Assembly: GCA_039804105.1 (NCBI GenBank)
Contig: JBDRZU010000002.1
Span: 288,001-352,000, forward strand
Length of the DNA: 64,000 bases
Direction of reading: 5' to 3'
Source of the DNA: a candidate division WOR-3 bacterium
GTDB taxonomy: Bacteria > Hydrothermota > 32-111
The notes below the pieces were generated by a model that saw nothing but the letters and a program-made list of their open reading frames with translations, did not search any database and was not told the origin of the DNA. The translations under genes were made by a program, and so were the position numbers. This document shows, in pieces, positions 28,671 to 41,111 of this stretch (within the stretch, counting starts at the first letter, position 1; the number at the start of each line of letters is the position of its first letter).

Positions 28671-29244
28671 TTTTACCTTCCTCTGTTTTTGTTTGGGCTC
28701 CTGGACCTTTATAGTAGGTTGATAAGGTTAACACAGTTTGAATCGTATTGAGATTTTCATCAGGATTTTTTAACGGTTTAATCGAAATACTGTTAACCTT
28801 CGTTATCCTTTTTTGGTTTCCCATATCAGTTAAAAACAATCCAAGAGAAGAAAAATTTGAGTTGAGAGTTATCTCCTGATTGATACTTGCGTAGTCGTTT
28901 GTTACAGATACATTCAAAGGTTTTATGTTCATTATTTTAACATTGTTCTTATTTGCATAAACGGTTAAACTGTCAAGAGCATCTTCGAGTAATTGTGAAT
29001 CTGGGAGCATTTTGTTGGCAATTTTCAACTGATTCTCAAGTACTTTCAACCTTTTGGTGTACTCTACCAAACTTGCTGCTACCTTTCTCGCTTCATTCAC
29101 CTGAGTGTTCAGTTTATCATTTTCAGCTTTGAGTTGAGAAATCGTTTTTGAATTTTTTGAATAATCGAATTTCCAGTATAGAAAGAGGATCGCTATCAGA
29201 ACAACCACGGTTATTATAGTTTTTAATAAATTATTTTTTTCCAT
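28651..29244 (-). CDS. pilO: Type IV pilus biogenesis protein PilO
   Basis: TM, coiled coil, MLP motif, FSSLGLFLTDM...RI. Operon position. Confidence 0.85.
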   Translation of the reverse strand: MEKNNLLKTIITVVVLIAILFLYWKFDYSKNSKTISQLKAENDKLNTQVNEARKVAASLVEYTKRLKVLENQLKIANKMLPDSQLLEDALDSLTVYANKNNVKIMNIKPLNVSVTNDYASINQEITLNSNFSSLGLFLTDMGNQKRITKVNSISIKPLKNPDENLNTIQTVLTLSTYYKGPGAQTKTEEGKNVKKKK

Positions 29245-29253
29245 CTGTCACCC

Positions 29254-29832
29254 CTATTTTTTGTAGGTACAATTTATTTCAAAAGAGATTATGTCGTAGC
29301 CACCCTCTGGTTTGTTAACAATATCTTTTAATATGAAATTATCAAAATATTCTGTTTCTTTTTTCAGATTTGTTAGAAGATCGGTTATCATAAGGTTTGA
29401 AAATGTTTTTCCCTTTAAAATTAACCTTTTATCTTTTACGGTTAACTCTTCGAGCCAAACATATTCTGGGAGAAGTTGGTTTATCTTATCAAGAAGTTGG
29501 GCATAGGCAAACTTTCCGGATATAAGATTTTTTATTGTTTCCATCTTTGCATTTATTTCACTCTCTTTCTGTTTCATCTTTTCAACCTTTGCAACTTCTT
29601 CCTGTAATTTTTTAAGTTCATTCTGTTTTTCAGTTATTTTCTTTTTCAACTGATTTATCTGCCCAACCTGAGAAAAATGTATTATAAAAATAATTATGAA
29701 AAGGAGTACTGCAACACCTATTGAAACAAAGAAACCGAGATTCGTTGGGATCTTTATTCCGATTTTTGGTATCCCACCTTCACTCTTCTTTCGCTTTCTT
29801 TCCTCTTCTGGTAGTAAATTTATCTCTATCAT
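29254..29832 (-). CDS. pilN: Type IV pilus biogenesis protein PilN
   Basis: IEINLLP motif, TM, coiled coil, LPEYVWL. Confidence 0.9.
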   Translation of the reverse strand: MIEINLLPEEERKRKKSEGGIPKIGIKIPTNLGFFVSIGVAVLLFIIIFIIHFSQVGQINQLKKKITEKQNELKKLQEEVAKVEKMKQKESEINAKMETIKNLISGKFAYAQLLDKINQLLPEYVWLEELTVKDKRLILKGKTFSNLMITDLLTNLKKETEYFDNFILKDIVNKPEGGYDIISFEINCTYKK

Positions 29833-29845
29833 CTTTACCTCTCTT

Positions 29846-30874
29846 TTATGGATTTCTTAAACTCAAACCTATTGAAGGAACAAGTAATGGTGATATTTTT
29901 TCAACCTCTTCAAGAGTCAGAAGACCTTCTTTGATTTTTACTTTTCTGAACGGATCAAGTTTTTCAACATTGATTTCAAATCTGTTCTTAAAATAATCAA
30001 GAATTTCGGGCCCATTCGCTCCACCACCAGATATGAAAATTTTGTCAATCTTTTCCCTGTTTGTAAATGGGATAGCCCTTTCAATATGTGTGCATAGTTC
30101 ATCATAGAACGACTCAAGACCCTCTTTAATCTTATCTTCAGAAATCTCGTTTAAAGTTTCTCCTTTAAAAACTTTGTCGAGTTGATCCTTTGTTATTCCG
30201 GGGATCTTTTGTAATAACGACTTTATAGCAGTTGTAACATCCCTTGTAAAAAGATTGTTTGTCCCCTCAATAAAACTCAATATCGTATTTTCATAACCGA
30301 TGTGAACCAGTGTAACTATCTCATTTGGAACTGGATCATAGTTTGCTTCAAAACAATTCTGTATTGTAAACGCTGGTACATCAATAACACATGGATTCAG
30401 TTCCATGTCCTTTATGAGTGTAACGAAGGGATAGAGTATCTCCTTCTTCGCTGCCACAAGCAAAACATCGATTTTTCCCTGTTCTTCAGATGGACCTAAA
30501 ACTTTGTAATCAAGTTGAACATCCTCGATGCTGTATGGAATATTCGTTTCTGCTTCCTGTTTGACCATAATCGAAAGTTCACTATCTTTCATCTGATCCA
30601 TTTTTAATTTTTTAACTATAACGCCTCTTCCGATCAAAGCACATGAAACATCTTTCTCTTTCACATCCCTTGACACCAAAAGATTCTTAACTGTGTCAAC
30701 CAGTTGCAATCTGTCCATAATTTCACCATCAGCGATTGCTATATCCGAAAGTTCTGAGAAACCAAAGTCCTTCAACACAGGTTCACCTGAAGAAAGATCA
30801 ATGATTGAGTATTTTATAAACGAACTTCCAATGTCGAGACCAAGATAAGTTTTTTTTCTTTTTTTAAAAGCCAT
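29846..30874 (-). CDS. pilM: Type IV pilus assembly protein PilM
   Basis: GLDIGSSFIK, VLLVAAKK, ISGGGA, IGLSLR; actin-like fold. Confidence 0.93.
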   Translation of the reverse strand: MAFKKRKKTYLGLDIGSSFIKYSIIDLSSGEPVLKDFGFSELSDIAIADGEIMDRLQLVDTVKNLLVSRDVKEKDVSCALIGRGVIVKKLKMDQMKDSELSIMVKQEAETNIPYSIEDVQLDYKVLGPSEEQGKIDVLLVAAKKEILYPFVTLIKDMELNPCVIDVPAFTIQNCFEANYDPVPNEIVTLVHIGYENTILSFIEGTNNLFTRDVTTAIKSLLQKIPGITKDQLDKVFKGETLNEISEDKIKEGLESFYDELCTHIERAIPFTNREKIDKIFISGGGANGPEILDYFKNRFEINVEKLDPFRKVKIKEGLLTLEEVEKISPLLVPSIGLSLRNP

Positions 30875-30886
30875 AAAACCACCTTT

Positions 30887-31072
30887 TTATCCTTCGATAA
30901 ATTTTTTTATTTCCCTACCTTCAATATACCACTTTTTTCCTATTTTTTTTCCTTTCAGAAGTTTCATCTTTAAATGTTTTCGAACTGTCTGTTCTGTAAC
31001 ATTTAAAATTTCAGCAACCTCTGACACTGTATATAATTTGTTTTCATCTATCTGTGATGGAATGACTGCCAT
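30887..31072 (-). CDS. Small excisionase/BldC-like helix-turn-helix protein
   Basis: LYTVSEVAEILNVTEQTVRK...LKGKKIGKKWYI. GAGG upstream. First gene of the pil operon. Confidence 0.85.
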   Translation of the reverse strand: MAVIPSQIDENKLYTVSEVAEILNVTEQTVRKHLKMKLLKGKKIGKKWYIEGREIKKFIEG

Positions 31073-31102
31073 ATATCCCTCTTTTTGTATTTTTTTGTGT
31101 TT

Positions 31103-31310
31103 TTATACATACTTGTATATATTTATACACATTTTATCCACAATGTCAATAGGTTAAAATCATTTTTAAGATTTTTTTCTAACTGCATATTTGTTCATAA
31201 TTTTAATTTTTAAAATTCATTTTAAAACACCTTTTAATAAAAGATGTGTGAAAAATTCCAAAAAATTTTTTAAAAATCGAAAAAAAATTATTTTTTAAAA
31301 ATGTGGATAA
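31103..31310. promoter_or_regulatory. DnaA-box cluster in the divergent intergenic region
   Basis: TTATACACA 31123-31131, TTATCCACA 31134-31142, TGTGAAAAA 31247-31255, TGTGGATAA 31302-31310, and a one-mismatch TTATACATA 31103-31111. Confidence 0.6.
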
Positions 31311-31366
31311 CTTTTTTCTTGATAATTTTTAAATTTTATCTAAAATGTTTAAAAAGGGGTAATTTT

Positions 31367-31819
31367 ATGGAAAAAGAAAAAAAGTATAAAGAGGTAATTG
31401 AAAAAATAAAAAGTATTGATCAAAAAGACAGAAATACAATTCTGAAAAAAACAACAGAAATTCTTCAAGAGAGTTTTGAATATTTTGATTGGGTAGGGTT
31501 TTATCTCGTCAAAGATGGGAAACTCATACTTTCTGAATTTGTTGGTGAACCTACAGTGCATACAAAAATAAACTTTGGTGAAGGAATATGTGGACAGGCA
31601 GCAGAAAGAAAAAAAACTTTCATAGTAAAAGATGTTTCAAAAGAAAAGAATTATCTTTCCTGTTCTCCAAAAGTGAAATCTGAGATCGTTGTTCCAATTT
31701 TTAAAAATCAAGAAATTGTAGGAGAACTTGACATAGATTCACACACTCTAAACGCTTTTGATGAAACCGATAAAATAAATCTTGAGAAGATATGTAAATA
31801 TCTTGAAAAATTTTTTTAA
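31367..31819 (+). CDS. msrC: GAF-domain protein, free methionine-R-sulfoxide reductase-like
   Basis: DWVGFY, GEGICGQAA, YLSCS, KSEIVVP, GELDIDS. ATG 31367 follows AGGGG. Confidence 0.8.
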   Translation: MEKEKKYKEVIEKIKSIDQKDRNTILKKTTEILQESFEYFDWVGFYLVKDGKLILSEFVGEPTVHTKINFGEGICGQAAERKKTFIVKDVSKEKNYLSCSPKVKSEIVVPIFKNQEIVGELDIDSHTLNAFDETDKINLEKICKYLEKFF

Positions 31820-32397
31820 TCGATTACGGAATCAAGATAAAAGAATCTATCATCTTTTTTGAACCCAACTATACCATTTTCAAAGTTTAAGATATAGTTA
31901 GAAAGAATAGTTGTATCTTTCTGCTCTAAACTCATAAGAATGTTTATAGTAACAAAGTATGATGAATCATAAACTTTGTTTTTATATTCAAAAGATTTTA
32001 CAGAATCAACACTACAAATGTATCTATACTTAAAATTGTTATTCTCATAAGTTTTATAAATTTTCTGGTCTTTTAACAGATATGTTGGGAAAAATGAAAC
32101 ATCAAAATAGAAACCTTCGAAAAAAATTATTTTGTACTCAAAATCTCCAGAATGGTAGAAAAAATTTTCTTTCTCATCAAAATTGTATCTTTTGTACTTA
32201 AGTCCTTCGATTATCGTATCCCCTGTATATTGGATAGTTGAGATATTGTTTTGTTGATCAGAATAATATCTTATGGTATATTTTGTTTCATCTACTAAAA
32301 AACTGCCCCCTGTTTTCTGTATTATTTTATAATCAAGATTACAGTTAGAATTGAGTAAACAGAATAATAAGATCAAAATTAAAATTATCTTTTCCAT
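31816..32397 (-). CDS. Hypothetical exported protein or lipoprotein
   Basis: Hydrophobic N-terminus with Cys; GDTIIEG; beta-rich. Confidence 0.55.
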   Translation of the reverse strand: MEKIILILILLFCLLNSNCNLDYKIIQKTGGSFLVDETKYTIRYYSDQQNNISTIQYTGDTIIEGLKYKRYNFDEKENFFYHSGDFEYKIIFFEGFYFDVSFFPTYLLKDQKIYKTYENNNFKYRYICSVDSVKSFEYKNKVYDSSYFVTINILMSLEQKDTTILSNYILNFENGIVGFKKDDRFFYLDSVID

Positions 32398-32971
32398 CTA
32401 AAATTTTCTCCCTTGAATATCCAAAAGAAATTCCCCAATATGATTCAAAAAAGTTGTAAAAAAATTTCATTGAAGATGATAAGAATTCACAAAGGCCTCT
32501 TTCAACATAATCGTAATCTCTCTTCTCTATTAAAGAGAGTCCGATGTTCGTAAAATAATCCATTCTATAATTGTCCTTATCAACCAGACGAAAAGTGTAT
32601 CCTGTTCCAAGATTAAAAAAATTAACACGATAAGTTTCTTTATAGGTTTTATACGAAAAAAGTTCTCCATTTAAAGAAAAAGAAAAATTTTTAAATTGTA
32701 ATGTTTGATAATCTATTTTTATACCATTTCCATTTTTCAAGTAATAAGACCAATCACCAAAAGGAATTTTTGTTGTGAAAGAAATTTCAAGATCTTTCGA
32801 AAGAATCTGTGTGTATCCAAAAGAAAAAAATATAAAGATAAGTAAAACAATTTGGGCGAAACAGGATTCGAACCTGTGACCTCCTGCTTGTAAGGCAGGC
32901 GCTCTCACCAACTGAGCTATCCGCCCTTTAAAGAATGGTATTATATTTATTTTTCTTACCTTAGTCAACAT
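32345..32971 (-). CDS. Putative small outer-membrane beta-barrel protein; start uncertain because the frame overlaps tRNA-Val
   Basis: Signal h-region IVLLIFIFFSFG, IPFGDWSYY motif, alternating strands, terminal Phe. Confidence 0.55.
   Translation of the reverse strand: MLTKVRKINIIPFFKGRIAQLVRAPALQAGGHRFESCFAQIVLLIFIFFSFGYTQILSKDLEISFTTKIPFGDWSYYLKNGNGIKIDYQTLQFKNFSFSLNGELFSYKTYKETYRVNFFNLGTGYTFRLVDKDNYRMDYFTNIGLSLIEKRDYDYVERGLCEFLSSSMKFFYNFFESYWGISFGYSREKILDGKDNFNFDLIILFTQF
32853..32926 (-). tRNA. tRNA-Val(UAC)
   Basis: GGGCGGATAGCTCAGTTGGTGAGAGCGCCTGCCTTACAAGCAGGAGGTCACAGGTTCGAATCCTGTTTCGCCCA folds as a cloverleaf with anticodon TAC; CCA not encoded. Confidence 0.96.
32940..32968 (-). promoter_or_regulatory. 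sigma70 promoter for tRNA-Val
   Basis: TTGACT-N17-TATAAT, 13 nt upstream of the tRNA 5' end. Confidence 0.7.
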
Positions 32972-32976
32972 AAATT

Positions 32977-34293
32977 TTATCTCAGATCGGTAAAATCACC
33001 TTTACAAACCTCAACTATACCTTCTTTAATTATATTTTCTATCCTGTACGCTCCCATCGTCGGAGCCCTCATATATCCATCCCAGGCAGCTTCAGCATAC
33101 CTTCCACTTTCAAGTACATAGAAAAGCCAGTCATTAACATATTCAGGTTCATCTTGAGCAAAACCTGAACCTATATGTGTTAACCATCTCTGATTGAAAT
33201 GTTCATGTGCTCCAACTGGAGGTGCTATGATTATTGGAAGACCCAGCGCTGTATAAAAAGATAATTCTGATGGTTTTGTCCATATTATATCAACATTTCT
33301 TAATTCTCTGTTGAAAGTTTCAAAATATGACATCTTCGATCTTTCAAAAATTATTTTTACATTCTCGTTTTTGTTTAAAAAAATTTTTTCAAGTTCAGTT
33401 TCAAAATAATCTTTCACATCCTCTCTTATCCCTGCGACAAGAATCACTCTAACTTTTCCTTCTTTTATTTTATCCTTTAAAGATTTTACTATCTTTATAC
33501 CAATGTCTTTTTGAGCACCAGCACCTCCAACCATATAACATAAGGTTAAAGGTCTATCAACTTTTGAAGGTATTTGTCCAAGATATTTTTCAATAATATC
33601 TTTGTAAACACTTATAAATCTTTCTTTAGGATCAAGTATTTTTATTCTTTTTAAAAGATCCTCTTTCAATATTTCCTGATTTTCACCTATATTTTCTTTT
33701 GGTAAAGGAAAACCTGTGATAAATATATTACAACTATCTACACCATATTTTAAAAGCCTCATTGAAGCATGTCTTGTCGGAGTTAAAAATTTAATTTTAG
33801 ATTTTTTTGGATCATCAGAAACCCATACTCGATTGATATCAGTATCTGTTATGATTGAAAAGATTTTTTCAAAACCGTTGTAATCAGCAGCAAGAGAGGG
33901 GATAAAGTGTGTTGTTATTACAGGTATATCTTTTTCTTCTATATGTTCAAGCAACTCTTTACAAAGTCCCATCTTTATGAGTGTTTTTAAGAAATAAACA
34001 TTTCCGTTTGGATTTTCCAGTTTATTAAAAGGATAAAAAGGTGAAATCGATTGCAACTTATCATACATGTTGAATATCGAACTTCCAATAAAGGGAATGT
34101 TTTTAGCTCTCGAAACTGCTTCATAACCAGATTGTGATGCTCTCCATAGAAATCTTTCTTTCCAATTTGATACATAATCAGTGTTTGCAGTCAAAATCTT
34201 TTCTTCAGCAATATCCTTTAAGGGATAAGCAGCCCTCTGATGTCCGTACCCCATATCAACAGATAAAACCCACGCTCTTTTTTCCATACTCAT
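32977..34293 (-). CDS. GT-B glycosyltransferase-like protein (MGDG synthase/UgtP-like)
   Basis: VDMGYGHQRAA, VITTHF, IITD, TGFP, IIWTKPSE, GLPIII. Confidence 0.65.
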   Translation of the reverse strand: MSMEKRAWVLSVDMGYGHQRAAYPLKDIAEEKILTANTDYVSNWKERFLWRASQSGYEAVSRAKNIPFIGSSIFNMYDKLQSISPFYPFNKLENPNGNVYFLKTLIKMGLCKELLEHIEEKDIPVITTHFIPSLAADYNGFEKIFSIITDTDINRVWVSDDPKKSKIKFLTPTRHASMRLLKYGVDSCNIFITGFPLPKENIGENQEILKEDLLKRIKILDPKERFISVYKDIIEKYLGQIPSKVDRPLTLCYMVGGAGAQKDIGIKIVKSLKDKIKEGKVRVILVAGIREDVKDYFETELEKIFLNKNENVKIIFERSKMSYFETFNRELRNVDIIWTKPSELSFYTALGLPIIIAPPVGAHEHFNQRWLTHIGSGFAQDEPEYVNDWLFYVLESGRYAEAAWDGYMRAPTMGAYRIENIIKEGIVEVCKGDFTDLR

Positions 34294-34577
34294 TGCCTTT
34301 TTAAAATTTTTTCATCTTGTCCTATCATGTTCAAATTTTCTCTCACAATCTTTTCAATATAACCTTTATCATTTCTGAGAAAATATATTTTTCTTCTCAG
34401 AAGAATATTTTCAACTTCAGTTTTTTTTAACTGATATTTAAGATTTTTTTCATCGATTTTAGATTTCAAAAGATATATGATGCCCATTTTTGGTTGAAAG
34501 AACAAAAAAAGCAAAGAGATAACAAAGAGTATCAAAAGAAATTTGAAAAAACTTTTATTAGTTTTTCTGTTTAACAT
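34290..34577 (-). CDS. ftsB: Septum formation initiator (FtsB/DivIC)
   Basis: TM plus coiled coil, YIEKIVRENLNM. Canonical eno-ftsB synteny. Confidence 0.8.
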   Translation of the reverse strand: MLNRKTNKSFFKFLLILFVISLLFLFFQPKMGIIYLLKSKIDEKNLKYQLKKTEVENILLRRKIYFLRNDKGYIEKIVRENLNMIGQDEKILKRQ

Positions 34578-37276
<2,699 letters not shown>

Positions 37277-37284
<8 letters not shown>

Positions 37285-38665
37285 TCTTTTTCATCTCCTC
37301 TTCAACTATTTTTACCCATTCTAAAAGGTTATCGTCATCATTTCTTTTTCCAACAAATTGTATCCCGATTGGAAGTTTTTCATAATATCCACCGTTTATG
37401 TTTATAGCTGGAACATTTGCAAGGTTTGCAAATGCGGTTAAAGCATCGGAAAGATGCATTCTCACAGGATCATCCACCCTTTCGCCGATTTTAAAAGGTA
37501 AGGAGAGTGATGTTGGTAAAACCATCATATCATATTTTTCAAAAATTTTATCAACACTATTTGAAATGTAATCTCTGAGTTTGAAAGATAAAGAGTAATA
37601 CTTTCCATTAGCGTACATCAAAAGGTATGTTCCGGTCATTATTCTTCTCTTGACCTCTTTTCCAAAACCTTCTCCTCTCACTTTCGAATATATATCGAAA
37701 AGATCCTGCCCCGAAATTTTTTGCAAACCATACTTTATTCCATCATATCTCGCAAGGTTTGAAGATGCCTCACACATCGTTTGGATTTTGTATGCTGCCA
37801 TCGAGAGATCAATAAAATCAAGCGTTACAGGTTCAACATTAAAACCCATCCTTTCAAGTTTTAAACAAACTTTATCATACAATTCTGTAACTTTCGGATC
37901 AGTATGTGGAATATGTTCCACATAACATATTCTTTTTAAATCCCTTTTTTCATGTTTTAAATCATCAACAGTACTGTCATGTTCATCAATACCTCTTATG
38001 ACATTGAAAACTTTTTTGCAATCCGAAACATTTTTTGTTAATATTCCCACAGTATCAAGTGATGAAGAGAACGCAACAAGTCCATATCTTGAAATTTTTC
38101 CATAGGTTGGCTTAAAACCCACAACACCACAAAATGAGGCAGGTTGTCTGACAGAACCTCCCGTATCCGATCCTATAGAAAATGAAGAGTGATCTGAAGC
38201 TACAGAAGCAGCACTTCCACCACTTGATCCACCTGGTACATAATCTTTCTCACATGGATTTTTTACAACACCAAAATAGGATGTCTCATTAGAAGAACCC
38301 ATAGCAAATTCATCGAGATTGTTTTTACCGATGAGAATCGCTCCAGCTTTTTTCAACCTTTTGTACACCGTTGAATCATACGGGCTTACAAAATCTGATA
38401 AAATTTTTGAACCACAAGTCATTCTCAGACCCTTTACAGCAAAATTATCTTTGAGAGAAAATGGTATCCCATCAAGATCTGAAAGTATTTCTCCCTTTTC
38501 GTATCTTTTCTCTGAAAGGTATGCCTGTTCATATGCAATATTTTTTGACAGAGTTATGAAATCATTGAGTTCATCCTTTTCAATTTTTTCATAGATAAGA
38601 TCAACAATATTTACAGGTGATTTTTCTCTGGATTCAAAAGATTTTTTCAAAAGATCAACATTCAT
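37277..38665 (-). CDS. gatA: Asp/Glu-tRNA amidotransferase subunit A
   Basis: KDN, DEFAMGSS, PGGSSGGSAA, GSDTGGSVRQPA. Confidence 0.96.
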
Positions 38666-38955
38666 TCTTTCTCCTTAATTATTTTTGGCAGCACTATATA
38701 GTTATTCTTTAAATTTTTTGAATTCATAAGTAAATCCTCTGTCCGAAATTCCTTCTTGGGTTCATCATGGTTGAACAGGGTTAAATATTTCTTATAATAA
38801 TCTCCATCTGAAACATTTTTAAGATTAACCTCTTTTAATATCTTTTCAATATCTGCAAAAATACTATTGATCTGATCGAGAAATTTTATTTTCTCCTCTT
38901 CTTCTAGTTCTATAAACGAGTGTTTTGCGAGTTCCTCTAAAAGTTTCTTATCCAT
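38662..38955 (-). CDS. gatC: Asp/Glu-tRNA amidotransferase subunit C
   Basis: 97 aa ahead of gatA, LAKHSFIEL start, YIVLPKII end. Confidence 0.8.
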   Translation of the reverse strand: MDKKLLEELAKHSFIELEEEEKIKFLDQINSIFADIEKILKEVNLKNVSDGDYYKKYLTLFNHDEPKKEFRTEDLLMNSKNLKNNYIVLPKIIKEKE

Positions 38956-38956
38956 A

Positions 38957-41110
38957 TCACTTCCTTGTTAGATTTGCATATTCTGCAAAGATTTTTTTTA
39001 TATCACCGTTTAAAAATTGTATAATAAGTATCTCATCTTCTCCGGAACCTTTTTTCCCTTTTATGATTCCTTCTCCAAAGATCGGATGGAAAACCCTTTC
39101 ATTGATGTTAAATCTGCTTTTTTCAATTTTCATATTTCCCGCATTTTTTGAAATATATTCCTTTTCAAATCTACTACCAGAAGTTGTTCTATCATAAAAA
39201 GAAATCAAATCGTTTTGGAATCCTATCTCATTTAAAAATCTTGAAGGAAATCTTAAAGAAGATTCTCCATAATAGAATCTTTCAGCAGCATATGTAATAT
39301 AAAGATCCTTTTTTGCTCTTGTTAAAGCAACATAGAGCAATCTCCTCTCCTCTTCACAGTTGAAATCATCTTCAAAAGAATTTCTGTGTGGAAAAAGTTC
39401 CTCTTCAAGTCCCGTGATAAAAACTGTTTCAAATTCAAGGCCTTTTGCATTATGAACAGTCATAAGTAAAATTGCATCATCATCTTTATATTCGTCTATA
39501 TCTGTATAGAGTGATATCATATCAAGATAAGACGAAATAGATTTATCCTCATTTTTCAAAACAAACTCTTTTGCTGAGTTTAAAAGTTCCTGAATGTTTT
39601 CAAGCCTTGAGTATTTTTCATTTTTATCCATCTTCTCAAAAACCGTTTCAAAATCGATAGAATCAACCAAAATTTCGAGAGCATTATATACATTATCTTT
39701 ATTTTTTTCAACCGTTTCGATAAGATCCAAAAATTCTTTTATATTGGTTTTTGATTTTTTAGTTGTTGAAGTTTCTCGTTGAAATTCTTTTAAACTTTCC
39801 CACAAAGATATATTTTTTGATTTTGAAGTGTCAGTTATATGTTTTAAAGTAACATCACCAATACCCCTTTTCGGAAAGTTTATGATCCTTTTTAAAGAGA
39901 TTTCATCATTCTTATTCACTGTAAAAGAGAGGTATGAAAGAAGATCTTTTATCTCCTTTCTTTCAAAGAATCTAATATTACCTATTAGTGTGTACCTTAT
40001 ATTATTTTTTCTGAGTATCTCTTCAAATGGTCTTGATTGAGCATTGGTTCTATAGAGTATAGCAAAATCTTTAAATTTTTTATCTGTTCCATTTTTTATT
40101 TCCAAAATTTTATCAACAACAAAAATCGCTTCATCCCTTTCGTCTCGACATTTAACTATTTTAACCCTCTCTCCATCTTCAAAAGATGACCATAAAACTT
40201 TATCCTTTCTCTTCAAATTATTTTTTATAACTCTGTTTGCAACATTTAATATATTCTTTGTGGAACGATAATTCTGTTCGAGTTTTATGATTTTCGTATC
40301 TGGAAAATATTTTTCAAATTCGAGAATATTTTTTAACTCAGCTCCCCTGAATCCATAGATCGATTGGTCGTCATCACCTACAACGGTTATATGGTTATTC
40401 CCATTGAATATATTTTTCAAAATTAAAAATTGAGCATAGTTCGTATCCTGATATTCATCAACAAGTATAAATTTTATTTTTTCAGAAAATTTTCTCTTAA
40501 AATTTTCATTCTCGTTAAAAATGTTCAATGTTTCAACAAGTAGATCATCAAAATCAAAGGCATTATTTTTTCTTAATATATGCTGGTATTCTGAATATAT
40601 ATCCTTCAATTTTGCCTGTTGTTCTTCATCTGTATCAAGATCGTCCGGTAAGATCATGCGATTTTTAAAAGCTGATATTAATTTTTGAACACTTCTGGGA
40701 TCGAGATCCTCTTCTTTTTTTTCTTTGAGAATATTTTTGATAACCATTCTTGAATCATCAACATCGTATATTGTAAAATCTGGATTTTTCATTCTTTCCA
40801 TTCGAAACATTTTTATTATTCTGACACACATCGAATGGAATGTCCCGATCATCATATTTCTAACAGGATATCCCAACAGTTTTTCCACCCTTTCCTTCAT
40901 CTCGTCAGCAGCTTTATTGGTAAAGGTAACAGCAAAAATGTTTCCGGGATACGATAAATTATTTTTAATGAGATAAAAAATTTTGTAAGTTAAAACTCTG
41001 GTTTTTCCTGATCCTGCACCAGCAAGAATAAGTAAAGGAGAATCAAGGTATAAAACCGCTTCTTTTTGTTTATCGTTTAAATCCTTTAAAATGGAGTTTT
41101 CAAAATCCAT
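38957..41110 (-). CDS. pcrA: UvrD/PcrA ATP-dependent DNA helicase
   Basis: AGAGSGKT, TFTNKAA, VDEYQDTN, GDDDQSIY, EQNYRS, EERRLLYVALTRA, C-terminal Tudor-like tail. Confidence 0.95.
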   Translation of the reverse strand: MDFENSILKDLNDKQKEAVLYLDSPLLILAGAGSGKTRVLTYKIFYLIKNNLSYPGNIFAVTFTNKAADEMKERVEKLLGYPVRNMMIGTFHSMCVRIIKMFRMERMKNPDFTIYDVDDSRMVIKNILKEKKEEDLDPRSVQKLISAFKNRMILPDDLDTDEEQQAKLKDIYSEYQHILRKNNAFDFDDLLVETLNIFNENENFKRKFSEKIKFILVDEYQDTNYAQFLILKNIFNGNNHITVVGDDDQSIYGFRGAELKNILEFEKYFPDTKIIKLEQNYRSTKNILNVANRVIKNNLKRKDKVLWSSFEDGERVKIVKCRDERDEAIFVVDKILEIKNGTDKKFKDFAILYRTNAQSRPFEEILRKNNIRYTLIGNIRFFERKEIKDLLSYLSFTVNKNDEISLKRIINFPKRGIGDVTLKHITDTSKSKNISLWESLKEFQRETSTTKKSKTNIKEFLDLIETVEKNKDNVYNALEILVDSIDFETVFEKMDKNEKYSRLENIQELLNSAKEFVLKNEDKSISSYLDMISLYTDIDEYKDDDAILLMTVHNAKGLEFETVFITGLEEELFPHRNSFEDDFNCEEERRLLYVALTRAKKDLYITYAAERFYYGESSLRFPSRFLNEIGFQNDLISFYDRTTSGSRFEKEYISKNAGNMKIEKSRFNINERVFHPIFGEGIIKGKKGSGEDEILIIQFLNGDIKKIFAEYANLTRK

Positions 41111-41111
41111 A

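Noticed and set aside
30887..31072. Prophage or ICE excisionase
   Set aside because: No integrase, att repeat or phage genes in the window; it is embedded in the pil operon.
31073..31366. Calling the DnaA-box region oriC
   Set aside because: Genes stay on the minus strand on both sides, no dnaA/dnaN/gidA is nearby, and I cannot identify a clear unwinding element. Kept only as a regulatory hypothesis.
31301..31366. N-terminal extension of the GAF ORF, and similar extensions at 25411, 41173 and 58843
   Set aside because: These extensions overlap promoter elements or upstream genes; downstream starts have better RBS or coupling context.
32853..32926. tRNA genes as integration sites (also 59981-60053)
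   Set aside because: No duplicated tRNA 3' ends or integrases seen; flanks look like core genes.
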